Below are positions 51,791-64,000 of a stretch of DNA of 64,000 bases, in pieces. The stretch comes from Sminthopsis crassicaudata. Its lineage: Eukaryota. A model generated the notes under the pieces. That model saw only the letters and a list, made by a program, of their open reading frames with translations. It ran no database searches and was not told the DNA's origin. Position 1 is the stretch's first letter; every line of letters starts with the position of its first letter. Location: assembly GCF_048593235.1 (NCBI RefSeq), contig NC_133619.1:457897644-457961643 (forward strand), read 5' to 3'. The translations under genes and the position numbers were made by a program.

Positions 51791-54220
51791 ACAATAGCAC
51801 CTCACTGCCTGTGTAAAAACCGGGATTTGATGGCAGAGTAACAGGAAGTCACGGGAACTTACTGAGCAGAGAAGTAATATGGTTAGACCTGAGCTCTGGG
51901 AAAACCTAGAATAAGAGTGTGGAAGGTGACTTGGAAGGGCAAAATAGAGGCATGCTGACAATATATGGAGGAGATTTTCCTAACAATATTTGTACAGCTG
52001 ATGGTGTAGATGCCCTTATCATCTTGGGTTATTATATCTGCCTTAAGGAGTAAACCAAGAGAGGAAGGTTACGTAGCCACTGGTTGGGCTATAGTGGGAT
52101 CATGTCAGGCAACGATGAATGAAATGGGTGATATGATATGGCTGTGCTGGAGATAATTCCCTCCTTTCCCCCCATTAGCTATCTCAGGAAGTAAAGAAGG
52201 CAACCCATTTTATTACCCTCTGATTGATTATGCACTCTTTGGAATTATGCCACTGTTTTCACTAAGGATGCAAAGACTATTTTACTTTGGAGACTACTGC
52301 TTTAGGAAACAGTTTCATTAGTAATAGAACACAAAGAAATTGTAATCAATATTGCTTTTTAAGATGTCAACTATACAAAGAGTCAACTGTTACTATAAAA
52401 TGAAATAATAACTAATTTTTACATAGAGCTTTCTCTATATGACTTCATTTGATCTTCACAAAAATTTTCTGGATAAACCAGCCCTGGAGTTGAGGGATGA
52501 GAGTTCAGACCTGGTTAGACACTTGATACTTACTAGCTATATGACCCTGGGCATCACTTAACCCTCAATTCCCTCATCAGAGGTAATACACTTATATATG
52601 CAATATAAATACACATATTATATATACACACATGTATTTACAGAGAAATATGCTACTACCAGTTTACAGATGAAAAACCTGGGGCCTAACGAGTTTGGAC
52701 TTCCTTCCCTAAGTAACACATTGTTATTAAGTGCCTCGTGCTAAACTCAGGTCTTCAGACTCCAGACTTACCTGCTTCTGCCTCATACCTAGATTATTAT
52801 TATCATTATCACCTAGATGTACAGTAGAAAATGCACTAAACTAGGTTCATTAGTGTTAAGATGTTCCTAATTTTGAAAAGTTGGATAACAAAATGTCTGC
52901 TTAAGATAAAAAATTTTGAAGTAAAAAAAAAAAAAGACTACTCCCTCAAAACATCTGGCACTCTTACAAAAATCAATGGGGTAATAAATTAAGCTATAAA
53001 GAACAAAAAAACACATCAGAGTTTTCACTGGGTAATAATTAGTCAATTCTTAAATAACTTGGAGTTGATTAATCAACTGAAGATTATGCATATGTTTTTT
53101 ATTCTTCTACTTCAATCCACTTAAATTTCCCTTTAGGTATTTGAAAGTTTATCAATTAGGGAGCTACAGCTATATACAGGAGGTAGATAGAAAATGATCA
53201 AACTGCTACTATCTGATTTTTGCTGAAAAGTTACTAAACAAATAAGACTATTAAGGATGATGAAGATTTTAAAAAGAGAAGAAACTTGCTAGATCAATAG
53301 AAATTAGAAATAAAATAGATTACAGAAAATAGATTATGCCCCCACTGATTTGAAACCTTGTAAAGGAACAAATAGTTTAATCATAGAATGAAAAACTAAG
53401 TGTCAGCAACCTGCAAGAAACCATATAATTTTTTTCATTAATTTTTCTACCTTTGTTCAATTTAGTTCAACTACCTTAGTTCGAATACAACAATGTGAGA
53501 CTATATGCACTAAACTTCAAAAAATTTTTTTTAGAAAAAATAAAATATCTGTAGTTTTCTAATTTCATTTTTTTGCTTTTGATAATTTTGTTTTATGCTT
53601 TGGCAAGACCAATGCTTCACTGTAACGTTTCAAAGTTCCTTGAAATAGACGCTTGATTTCTCCATACAAATAGTCATGGCAATATTATCTCTAACAGTTC
53701 TTAAGGTGTGCTCAAAGAGGTATAATTTTTATACCAAAGTACCTAAAATAAAATGACAGATTTCTCTATTTTTAAAAAGCACAGCATTTAAAAATATATC
53801 AAAAGAGAGCAATGAAACATGAAATTATATTATTACTGCATGGCAAAGCATTCATATTTCAACTAACTTAGAAAACTTTAGGAAATCAGTATGATCTAGT
53901 TTCATCTAATCAAAGTTGGATGTTGAGTTAGCACAGCATCAAAAACCCATAGATTGACCCCATTAATGTCACAAAATGAAATCATATCAAAATTATTACT
54001 TGTTCCAACTCTCACAATGTTATACTATGTATAAGACAGAGAATCAGTGCAGCATAACGTATGCAAAGCTGGCCAAAATGGTTCAAATTCCATTCCACCA
54101 TTGACAAACACTAGTTGGGTATGTCACTTAATTTTTCTTCACTGAGGAGTTTCCCTATGTTAATGAAATCATAGAGCAGCCTCTATTCTCATCTTAAATG
54201 CCCTATGTATGAGAATTCAA

Positions 54221-54759
54221 CCATTTAAAAAATATGGCAATAATCGACAAATTCTGATCACTGAAAACTTGTAAGGTATCTTGGGATTTATGAGCTAGAT
54301 TTCTTTCTTAAGGACTAATCCTTAAACCCAAATCACTCTGCTCTCATTGCCTCATCAATAATAGATCATAGGCCAAACCTCACTTTGATCATTGTTTGGG
54401 CCCTTATTGTCTCAGAGTAAAGGTAAATTGTAATTGTTTCAGTTTGGGCCAGAAAATCTAAGGATCTTCCTCTCCTAGATTTTTATATATATTTTACTAG
54501 GTAAAGAGGCCATTTTCTGCTTCATTTCTTACCTAGCCTTAATCACTGATTGGGTATTGACTCAGGCAATACTGAGACCTGTTAAGGACCTTAGTTTAAA
54601 AAGGCTAAGGTCTCCCAATGCATCCAGGGCCATCTCCAGTTATCTTAATCTGTATCTTGCCACTGGACCAGATATGGTTCTAGAGGTGAGAGACTGATGA
54701 CTTTAATGTCATGGCTCATCTCCCTGATGCCATGGTCATCTTTGAAGGAAAAACAATAA
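54221..54759 (-). mobile_element. RTE-related SINE (RTESINE/WALLSI-like) with 19-bp TSD
   Basis: TSD CCTATGTATGAGAATTCAA at 54202-54220 and 54760-54778; internal catccagggccatctccag...ccactggac motif. Confidence 0.75.
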
Positions 54760-55169
54760 CCTATGTATGAGAATTCAAAAATTCAAAATATGATAACAAT
54801 ATTCCTCTCTACATCTTTCTTCGTGAAAATCCACCTGCAGCTTGGAAATGTCCATTCTTAAACTCATTTTTCTCATTTTCCCCTACCATTCAATGATGGA
54901 GAGATGAAAAATATAATGTTGGAGAAAAGGTGATAATTAAGGAAGGAGATGAAAGAAAAAGGTAATGGATTCTGCAATGATTTTAAAGCAAGGTGACTGA
55001 AAGAAATACTGATATAGGGATCAGACTGACAGCTTACATTTCAGACTCACACTCTCTTGATTTAATAAATCTTCTCAAAAGCCTCACAGGAAAAACAAAA
55101 GAAAGTACAAAACAGAAAAAAGTGCAGAGCTACACTGGAAAGGGATTCTATGAGGTCTCCTCCTCTGAC

Positions 55170-55670
55170 TGATAAATTTATTGCTGAATCTTCATTTGTG
55201 GAAGCAAATACACTAGCCAAGCCCAATCTATATACTATGGAGATTGAATGTGGATGGAAGCATGGTATTTTCACCTTTTTTGTTTGTTTTATTTTATTTC
55301 TCATGGGCTTTTTTCCCCCTTTTGGTCTGATTTTCCTTGCACAACATGACAAATATGAAAATATGTTTAAAAGGACTACACAGGGGGAAGCTAGATGGCA
55401 CAATGGATAGAGCACCAAGCCTGAAGTCAAGAGGACCTGAATTCAACTATGATATCAGACACTTAACACTTCCTAGCTGTGTAACCGTAGGCAAGTCACT
55501 CAGCAAAAAAAAAAAAAAAAAAAAAAAGGACTGCACATTTTTAACCTGTGTTAGATTGCTTTCTGTCTTGGGGAAGGGGATGTTAAGGGAGGGAGGAAGA
55601 AAAATTTGGAACACAAAATTTTGTAGATGAAAGGTATCTTTACATTTATATAGAAAAATTAAATACTACT
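55170..55670 (+). mobile_element. L1 3' end interrupted by a SINE
   Basis: gagattgaatgtggatggaagcatggtattttcacc...acatgacaaatatg[SINE]cacattttt aacctgtgttagattgct. Confidence 0.85.
55382..55523 (+). mobile_element. WSINE1-type SINE with TSD
   Basis: TSD AAAAGGACT(A/G)CAC at 55369-55381 and 55524-55536; long pure A tail. Confidence 0.93.
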
Positions 55671-55679
55671 TCAAAAAAA

Positions 55680-56115
55680 GATTTTGAGACATGGGGGACA
55701 ACCAGTGAAAAGCAGGCATTTAGGCACTGGAGTATGTTGTTCTAGGAATAATAAAGCCATCAGTATAACTATTAAAGAATATTGGAATGAGGAAGAAAGC
55801 AAGGTATAAGCAAACCAAAAAACAGGAGAGGACCAGCTTTGGAAGGGCCTTAAGTAGATGATTTTATATTTGATCCTGGAGGTAATAGCCACTGAAATTT
55901 ATTAAATATAGGGAATAGATATGGTAAGGCCAGTCTTTTAGAAAGATCAATATGAGAGCTGAGAAGGTGAAGCTGTGGGTTAAAATTGAAGCAGAGTGAC
56001 CAAATAACTGTTGCGATAATGTGAGGCAAATAAAAGTGTCAAAGAGTATTATGTTTCTAGCACAGTGCTGGGCCCATCATAAGTACTTAATAAATGCTTA
56101 AGTACTTAATAAATG
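55680..56115. mobile_element. L2 fragments
   Basis: gatcctggaggtaatagccactg... (antisense) and an L2 tail with duplicated aagtacttaataaatg. Confidence 0.55.
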
Positions 56116-56289
56116 TATCTAAAGACAAAAGAATTTCTAAATAACTGAGTGATAGGAATAAAACTGAGGCATAGAAGAAAAGATTAAAAAGTTCTCTTTC
56201 CTCTTCAAAATATAACAGGGATAAGTTTTGTTGTGAAAGCCTCTTGCCTTTTTTTTTTTTTTTCTTTTTTTTTTTTTTAAATAATCAAA

Positions 56290-56790
56290 TATTCCCCTAT
56301 TGTTTCTAGTCAAGAAAACCTTTAGAAAACCTCAAAAAAGACCACAAGCTTGTTTCAGGTACAGGAACAAAGAGACATCCAGCTATACAGTGGGCTAGAA
56401 AAACAAAGAGACCCTAGGGTCTAGGCTAAAGTTACTAGGAAAAGGGAAGGAAATAAGACTTTAGACCTAAAAAAGAGATGGGAGTGGGGGTGGCTGTGGA
56501 AGAGAATAAAGGTGTAATCAGTGAGTCAGAAAAAAGTTCCCTGGAAGGTTATATAAGCAAAAGGCACAGGGATCTCACAAGGGAAACAGGAAGGAAAGGG
56601 TGTGAAGAATTTTTTTTACTCCAATCCCTTTTGTGTGCCCTACACAATTCTCTGAACCCTTCAGCACATAAAAGAAGCCATTCTAGCTAATCTAAGGCTT
56701 CATACTAATCACTAGCCCTGAGGTCAGAGGTTGAGATTCCAAAGCACTGGTTTTCAGGACCAATAAATGGAGTGGAAGAAGGAAATACCT
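56290..56790 (+). mobile_element. Possible old LTR
   Basis: TGAGTCA 56522-56528, TATATAA 56550-56556 and AATAAA 56762-56767 in LTR order; termini and TSD not identified. Confidence 0.35.
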
Positions 56791-57444
56791 GTTCCTTTAT
56801 GGCAGTGAGGGGGAGAAGGGAAAGAAACATTTTTGGTATCCTAAATTTTAATTCCAAAATCATTTCCCAAAAGAAACATTTCTTTTTTCATTAGTAGTTT
56901 ACTGAATGAATGCTCTGGGAACTAAATCATTTTATAAAATTGCCTATACTCCAAAATACATTTGGGAATTGTGAACAATTGAAAAACACTTTTTGAACAT
57001 AACTCATTCATAAAATGAGTCACTGCCTATACTCTGAGTCCTAAAGATGAAACTATTTTAAGCAAATGGGACCACCATATGATAGATTACCAATCATGCT
57101 TTAAATGCTCTTAAACTTTCAGAAAGCTTAAACAGAAAGATACTAAAAGACCAAAAAAACAGACCCTAGATTTTAAAATGAGATGATACTTAATTACCAG
57201 AATATAAGGAGTTGGAAAGATTGAGAATATAAACTCAAGCAACTTATACTAGCAGCCAAATTAAAAAAAAAAAAAATAAAAACCTCCTGTAGAATGCTAG
57301 TTTTGATATTGGGAAATGGGAAAAAAAAATCCTACTCTAAAAATGAATTGCAGAGTGGGATTAATTCTCTAAAGAAGACAGAGAGAAAGGTCTGAAAGTA
57401 ATTATGAAATAAAATTTAAGTGCTTTACACTTAATTTGATAACC

Positions 57445-57607
57445 AAAAAACTTTGTGTTTTGTTTTGTTTTTTCCCCCCTGAGGCTGGGGTTAAGTGACT
57501 TGCCCAGGGTCACACAGCTAGGAAATGTTAAGTGTCTGACACCACATTTAAACTCGGGTCCTCCTGAATTGGCTGGTGCTCTATCCACTGCACTACCTAG
57601 CTGCCCC
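57445..57607 (-). mobile_element. WSINE1-type SINE
   Basis: Complete body ending ctagctgcccc; (TTTTG)n tail. Confidence 0.92.
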
Positions 57608-58458
57608 TAATTGTGTTTCAGAACAGTGAAAAACAAAGTTAGTTTTTCATAATTCATAGTTATAAAACATAATTTATGCTTTGTTTACACCTCATCACTG
57701 CTTAAGTTTATGCCACTATCAAGAACTTTTCCATAAGTGAAAAGATTTGGAAAACTATTCAATAGTAAAATAAAATATTTCCAAAGAGTAGCAGTTGATA
57801 GTAAGCTGAAAACACATGATCATCACATGATTTGATTAGCATGGCACTTGGTGCCACACTTCTCAAGATGTGTTAATATCTTTTAGCAGGACTAATTAAA
57901 AAAATGACATAAATCACTGCTGTAGTACAAAGTGTTTAAACTCTAAGATAAAAAGCTTAAAACCATAGACTGTCATTTAGTCCCAAACATTCCACCAAGA
58001 CAATACCCTATGTAAATGCGAAGACCCAAAATATTATTAAATTTATTAACCAGAAAGCACAAAACCTACTTTTCTGAACATGTATGGCATAGCTCTGACA
58101 ATCAATTCTTTCCATAAGTGAATTTGCTACTAAGAAACTGAGCTTCCAAATTGGTCAGTGAGCCATCTAGACAACTTTGCCACCAAGTATATCCCATTAC
58201 TCCTTCCAGAAGAATTACTGATTATCAAGAGGCCAGAAGAATAGTACTTGAGCAAATCCTACAGAACATTCTTTGTACTCAAAACCCCTTTTGTAAAAAT
58301 GTTAGTTAGAACCTTGCCTGATGCTTGTGGTAAACACACACACTACTACTCCTCTGGATTAGTACAATTCATTAAACTTCTAAGGAACAATTTGGAATTA
58401 GGCCGACACCTCCCTCCCCACCATGGCATATAGTAAACAGCACAAGTACCCTTTAGAC

Positions 58459-58649
58459 CAGGGGTTCTCAAACTATGGCCCGTGGGCCAGATGCAGCCAT
58501 TGAGGACGTTTATGCAGCCAGCTGGGTTATGGCAAATGGGCTGAGGGGCAGAATTAGAATGTGAGTTTTTGTTTTTACTATAGTCCGGCCCTCCAACAGT
58601 CTGAGGGACAGTGAACTGGCTCCCTATTTAAAAAGTTTGAGGACCACTG
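58459..58649. mobile_element. hAT MITE, OC1/OposCharlie1-type, 191 bp
   Basis: TIRs CAGGGGTTCTCAAACT / AGTTTGAGGACCACTG (14 of 16 complementary); perfect 8-bp TSD CTTTAGAC at 58451-58458 and 58650-58657. Confidence 0.93.
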
Positions 58650-58659
58650 CTTTAGACTA

Positions 58660-59200
58660 TCAAAACAATACTACCCCAAAGAAATCAGAAGAAAATGAGT
58701 CCAATTTACAAAAATATTTATAGCAGACCTTTTTGTGGAAGTAAAGCTTTGAAAAATAAAGAGTGGGTGTTCGTCAATTGAAAAGAACTGAGCATCAAAA
58801 GAACTAAACAAATTATGGTATATAATTTAACAGAATACTATTGCCACAAAAAATTAATAAAGAAATGGTTTTAGAGAAAATTGAAAGTTGTATGAATTGA
58901 TACTGAGTAAAATATGCAGAATCAAGAGAATATTATTTAAACAAGAATTATGCTCAACAAATGCAAAGACCAAACAAATCAAGAGGATAGATGAAGCATG
59001 CTTATCCATTTTCCTTACAGAGAAGTTATGGACTCAAGATGTTGAACAAGGCTTACAGTTTAGGATATGACCAAGGTAGGAATTTGTTTTTCCAGGCTAT
59101 TTATATCTGCTAAAAGGTTTCCCCTAGTTCCTGGCCTCTCCCCCAATTGATGTAGGAAGAAAATATGGAAGAGAGAGAAAATAAATGCTTACTAATTGGG
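58660..59200 (+). mobile_element. Old L1 ORF2-end/3'UTR fragment
   Basis: aaatatttatagcagacctttttgtgg...aaattatggtata...gaatactattg...gtatgaattgatactgagtaaaat. Confidence 0.6.
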
Positions 59201-60439
59201 GGAAAAATTTTCCAGCTGCTGTGACTGAAGAGAAATGCTCCTCACTAAAGATTTGTCTGTTATTCAATAGACAAATCCAGTTGTTCAACTGGATTAATTC
59301 CATAGCCTTATCCCCTGAATAAATTTCCCAAGATCCAAAAACAGCTGGACTAATTATCCACTGATGTCACTTTTTATCCCTTTGATGGTCCAGATGATTA
59401 AGAGTTGATTGTAAACATGTGGAGAATTTATAAAATATATTTAACTCAGGAATGAGTGGTTCCATGCTTGATAGTTAGGATCCCCATAAGATCCATAAAT
59501 TTGAAGTGGTTGAGATCTTATACAATTAATAGAATAATTTTAGCTATTTTTTAATAGACAAATAGTTAATGTTGATTCATAAAAAGTCAAACTGACAAGT
59601 GAACAAAATCAGGTAGGTGCAGCAGGTAGAGAATTTACAAATATCAAATAAACTCATTCATTTCATCAAATAATTTCTATGAGTGAACTAAAATTTTAGC
59701 ATGGGGGGGCTACTTCAAGAAAAAAAATTTTTGAAAATGTTTAACTGGATCAGAATGTCTTGCCAAATTTAGGAAAAAATGATTGTCATCAAGTTCTAGC
59801 ACACCTACTAAAATCCTGATAACCATCTCTTCAGATCTTTTTCTGGCCCTTCTTTATGTTTCCTCTTGGAATTCAAATCCAGGATTTCTGAATTGGAAAG
59901 TTAGAGATCATTGATTACAATGTCTTCGTTTAATTTCTGTAGACATTGAAGCTCATAGAAGTTGTGACTTGCTTAATATCACACTTAGGAAGGGGCAAAG
60001 TCAGAATTCAAATGCATGTCCTTTGAATTAAAATTCATTGCTTTCTCTACTGTTTTAATTATAAATACAAGAAAATACTTGAAGTAATAGTGCTCAGGAC
60101 AATGTATTTACAAAAACAAATTCTTTATTCAAACCATAGGTATCAAAGGTAAAAATGTCTACTTGATGTTTTTCAGGAAGTTACTAGTATCTACTACTAA
60201 TAATACTTGGTCTATTCCTAGACTAAGGAAATCTCCTGAATTGACAAGGAGACCCCCATACTAAAGAGTATCACAAAATTCTAACTTAATTATTAAATTG
60301 ATAAATGATCTAATGTCATGCAAGGAACACTATCTAAACATATAAAACTATTTTAAAATCAAATTAACAAGAATACCATTAGGCTTCATACCAATGCCAA
60401 AGTCCATGGGAAAAAGTGGTTACATCCAGATTACAAAAC

Positions 60440-60665
60440 GCATTTTAAACTATTTGAACGTGTATACATATATTGTATTTAACTTATACTTTAACATATG
60501 TAACATGTATTGGTCAAACTGCCATCTGGGGGAGGGAGTGGAGAGGACGAAAAATTGGAACAAAAGGCTTGGCAATTGTCAGTGCTGTAAAATTACCCAT
60601 GCATATATCTTGTAAATAAGCTATAATTAAAAAATAAATAAATAAAAAATAAAATAAAATGCATT
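60440..60665 (+). mobile_element. 5'-truncated young L1 3' end
   Basis: Same subfamily as 12600-12790; (AAAT)n/A tail. Confidence 0.88.
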
Positions 60666-62299
60666 TTAATGGTGAAATTTGTTTTTAAATTGAAATGTGG
60701 CCATACTATAAAAATGTCTTATATCAAGTAGAGAATGTTACATGAATATTAGTTATGAGTTCTTTTTTTTTTGAGAAGTAGGAAAAGAAAATTAATGCTT
60801 ATTAACTGAAAAGTAAAAATATTTTAAAATCTGTGACAGATATATACAGTAAATTCCATAGATTGTTTGTTGCAACTGGAAACTAACATTGAATGACCAA
60901 ATAATTGATTCAGAAAAGACCCAAATTCAAGTATCAGTTCCATTATTTATTAATAGCAATTTTGGGCAAGTCATATTACCTTACATGTGAATCTCATTTT
61001 ACCTGATTATAAAACTAGAGTGTGAGCACCTAGCATTCATTTCTGCAATACATTTTATGATCAATCCTATATTGGAGCTCCTATAGAATGAAGAATATTA
61101 AGATATAGGCGAAGAAAAGACAGACTTTAAATGGCATAATATAGACGTTAAAAGTAAGGAAATACAGATAGAATTAAAAAGAGAACTCATTACTAGCAAA
61201 AAAAAAATTATTTAATTCATAAATCAAAAGATGACTAGGTAACAGGCAAAATACATATATATTATGATTCAAGTTTTGTAACCCACAAGAACACAATCAT
61301 TCTAATTCTCAGATTGCTCATCTACAAAATGAGTAGATTATACTAGAAGAATATCATCTTTCCATTCTAAAATGTTTTATTATAAATGACTAGTGAGTTA
61401 TTTTTAAACATCTAAGATAACATTTATAGAAAAATTATCTTTAATATGAAGTAAATGAATTGGAAAATTCAAAGTTTAAAAAACAAATGAGAATGTTGGT
61501 AATTACTAATTTAAGTAAAACAAATTCTACAAATATTAAAAAAAAATGCTATTTATAAATGTCATACATAATTCACTTATGTCATTTAAAATAATAAACC
61601 TACTATTTTTCAAGTACAGGATGTTCCCAAAATCTTATAACAAACAGTGAAATTATACTAAGACTCTTGGGACATTTTGTAAAATAAGATGGGCTCACAA
61701 TGATGAAAAAATAGTATACTATATCACCATGGCAGTGTTTGTATATGATGGGAGGTATAACTTTGTGAACATAGAATCTTATCTTCAAATACAGACAATT
61801 TCATTACTCAGGGAGTGACTGAGTTATTATATATGCCCTCTCATTCTACTTGTATCCCATTAATTCTATACAAACCCTTATATAAGGTACTAATTAAAGG
61901 CCTAAAGAAGGAGAGGGGAGGGGAGGGTGGGTGGAGATATTGATATGAGATTTTTTAATGTTATTTTTAGAGATTTCATTTATTCTGGTTATTCATATCC
62001 TATCCCACATGATTTACTATAAATTTAAAAATCTAAATTTGATATGAATATCATTTCCACCTTCTTTCCCAGTACATTGAAGGTGGGGGGAAGGGGAAAG
62101 AAAGAGGGAGATTACCAGGAAAAGCACAATTTTGAAATTCAAATCTTTCCAGGAAATGAAAAGATCCAGAAAAATCAGTCATCTTCTCTTAAATTTGACT
62201 TATCTTACTTAAGTGGCATCTATCAATGCCTGGTGACAGTCTACTCCTTAATAACCTTTCCTGGACTTTAACTTTTCTTTCGTTTTCTAAAAATTCTCT

Positions 62300-63085
62300 T
62301 CTTCATTGGTTCAGAGTAACTCTAATTCTGCAGATGCATAACTTTTCTTGCAATGTGTAATCTTCCCCTCTTCCTAAATTCCCTAGTATTGTCCTGAATA
62401 ACATCATCCTCACAGGCATTCAGGCTCTCAAATAATTCAGGCACTTCTACTCTTCATACTTTCATTTCCCATATCCAATCTTTGCTAAGGCTTGTCACAA
62501 CTCTCAATTATACCTTTTTCTTTCCTCTGACATTGCTACCCCACTTGGTATAGACAATTGCTACAGAAAAACTGGTTTCCTGCCTCAGATTTCTCCCCCT
62601 TATGATATTTTAATATAATTCCATTGTACACTGACAATCAAAGAAATTTTCCTTAAGCACAAGTATGACCATGTCATCAGCTACTCTGAACTCCAATTGT
62701 TCCTGACATAAGAAAATTCTTTTTCAAAGCCCTTCATAACCTGGCCTTCTACAATAATCTGCTTAAATTTTACTCCCTCCATATACTATCTGATCTAGTC
62801 ACATTGCTCTTTTTGCTGTTGCCAAATAAAATACTTTGTCTTCCCACTTCATGATTTTTTTATTGGCCATTCCTGAAATGTCCTCTGTCTTCATCTTCAT
62901 CTCCTATATAGTAAGTATTTCAAGCTCAACTAAAATTCTCTCTTTGCAAGAAGCCTTTCTAATCCATCTTCATGCTTTCCCTATGAGATGATCTCCATAT
63001 GAATTTGTATGTACACAGCTATTTGTATGTTTGTCTCCTTGCATTAGACTGTAAGTTCCTTGGGGATAGGAATGTTTTTGGTGAC
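62300..63085 (+). mobile_element. L2 fragment
   Basis: cttttcaaagcccttcataacctggcc...caagctcaactaaaa...tgcaagaagcctttc...ttagactgtaagttccttgggg. Confidence 0.7.
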
Positions 63086-64000
63086 TTGGTGAACTGTCCT
63101 TAAGATTATTACAAGATGGCAACTTACTCTTCAGCTTTTAAAGGCACAGGAAAATCTTTAAATACTTGGTAATTTCAAATACAGATCCTAAATTCTGTCA
63201 GCAGCAATTTTATCCTGAATATTGCATTAATGTTGCTACTTAAATAAGTTAACTTTTAAAATGAAGGGGGGGGAAAAGTATTTCTGATTTGAATAAAATA
63301 TCAAATTTAATTTTTTGTTGGAATTAACAGAAATGTTTGCTATTATTTTTCAGATTACAATACAATATTCACATAGAAAAGCTCAACATCTCACTCATTA
63401 AAAGAGTTCCAGTCCTGCTAACATGAGTTTTGTGTTTTCATAGCATATGTTGCATTTCACTTTTGATCCAATCAAATTGGCAATCCAAAGAGCAACAAAT
63501 ACATATTTCGTGTGTTAAGTCGTCAAAATCCTCCATAGCTTAAGAGGTTACTCCACGTTTAGATATAATTAGCTTATTTTAGTTATTGTACTGATAACTA
63601 TTTGAAAGGGGAAAAAACTAATATGATATTCCAAAATAAGAAGATTTAAAGTTTTATAACATCAATTACAAGAGCAGTGCATTTTTAAAATGAATCAAAA
63701 ATAGCTAAGAGAAGTAGGAAAATAAGAAGATAGTTAAATATACCTATCTTCCTTTGATGTTCTAGTCACCAGGCCAAGATGAACTAAATAAAATAGCTTA
63801 GTAAGGGTAAAGAAATGGAAATGTGATTTCTAAGTTCTTGTCAGTTGTCTTTAAAAACTAAAAAATTGGAGTAGTGCTATAGATTGGAGCAAATGTTATC
63901 TAATTTTATTTTATTTTTTTTAAAGAAGAGAAAGTGGAACCTATAAACTAAACATTAGTCTTATTTATTTTGATTCTGAGCAAAATTCTAGAATATATTA

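Larger units (their letters stand above)
7749..64000 (-). other. PKP4: Part of the long upstream (5'UTR) intron of PKP4
   Basis: Lies upstream of the acceptor; no CpG island or recognisable first exon in the window. Inferred from gene structure; small unrecognised UTR exons cannot be excluded. Confidence 0.7.

Noticed and set aside
51800-52260. GC-richer segment with a GGDF peptide resembling a CR1 endonuclease motif
   Set aside because: Four residues are not enough; left unassigned.
17655-52775. Isolated strong minus-strand donors (near 17665, 19335, 44783, 52770)
   Set aside because: No convincing acceptor or pyrimidine tract paired with them.
55062-55630. Overlapping 86-122 aa ORFs
   Set aside because: Span an L1 3'UTR and a SINE.
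1-64000. tRNA genes, CRISPR arrays, rRNA, CpG-island promoter
   Set aside because: tRNA-like A/B boxes all belong to SINEs; no spacer-repeat array, rRNA or CpG island is present.

Overview
AT-rich, repeat-dense intronic DNA from a marsupial, most likely a dasyurid. The lineage call is an inference from WSINE1-type CORE-SINEs, an OC1-type hAT MITE and the style of the L1 3' ends. The only protein-coding sequence I can support is the start-codon exon of plakophilin-4 (PKP4/p0071) on the minus strand (exon 7748-7615; 43 codons, MPAPEQ...ILASVKEQ). Everything to its right is consistent with a long upstream 5'UTR intron and everything to its left with the next intron; no CpG-island first exon or next coding exon is visible. 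The rest is layered transposon debris: L2, MIR/MAR1, CR1, L1, ERV LTRs, SINEs and hAT MITEs. I did not find a clearly new biological system. The most testable leads are: a candidate stop-containing cassette exon just downstream of the PKP4 exon with nearby RBFOX/QKI motifs; three recursive-splice-like YAG|GTAAG sites on the PKP4 strand; a sense-oriented ERV LTR with a tRNA-Lys primer-binding site; an ORF1-only (HAL1-like) element with a target-site duplication (TSD) nested in an L1 that also carries a solo LTR; an intact OC1-type MITE; and an inverted SINE pair. Repeat family names come from recalled consensus motifs, not a database search. Boundaries of old repeats are approximate (tens of bp).
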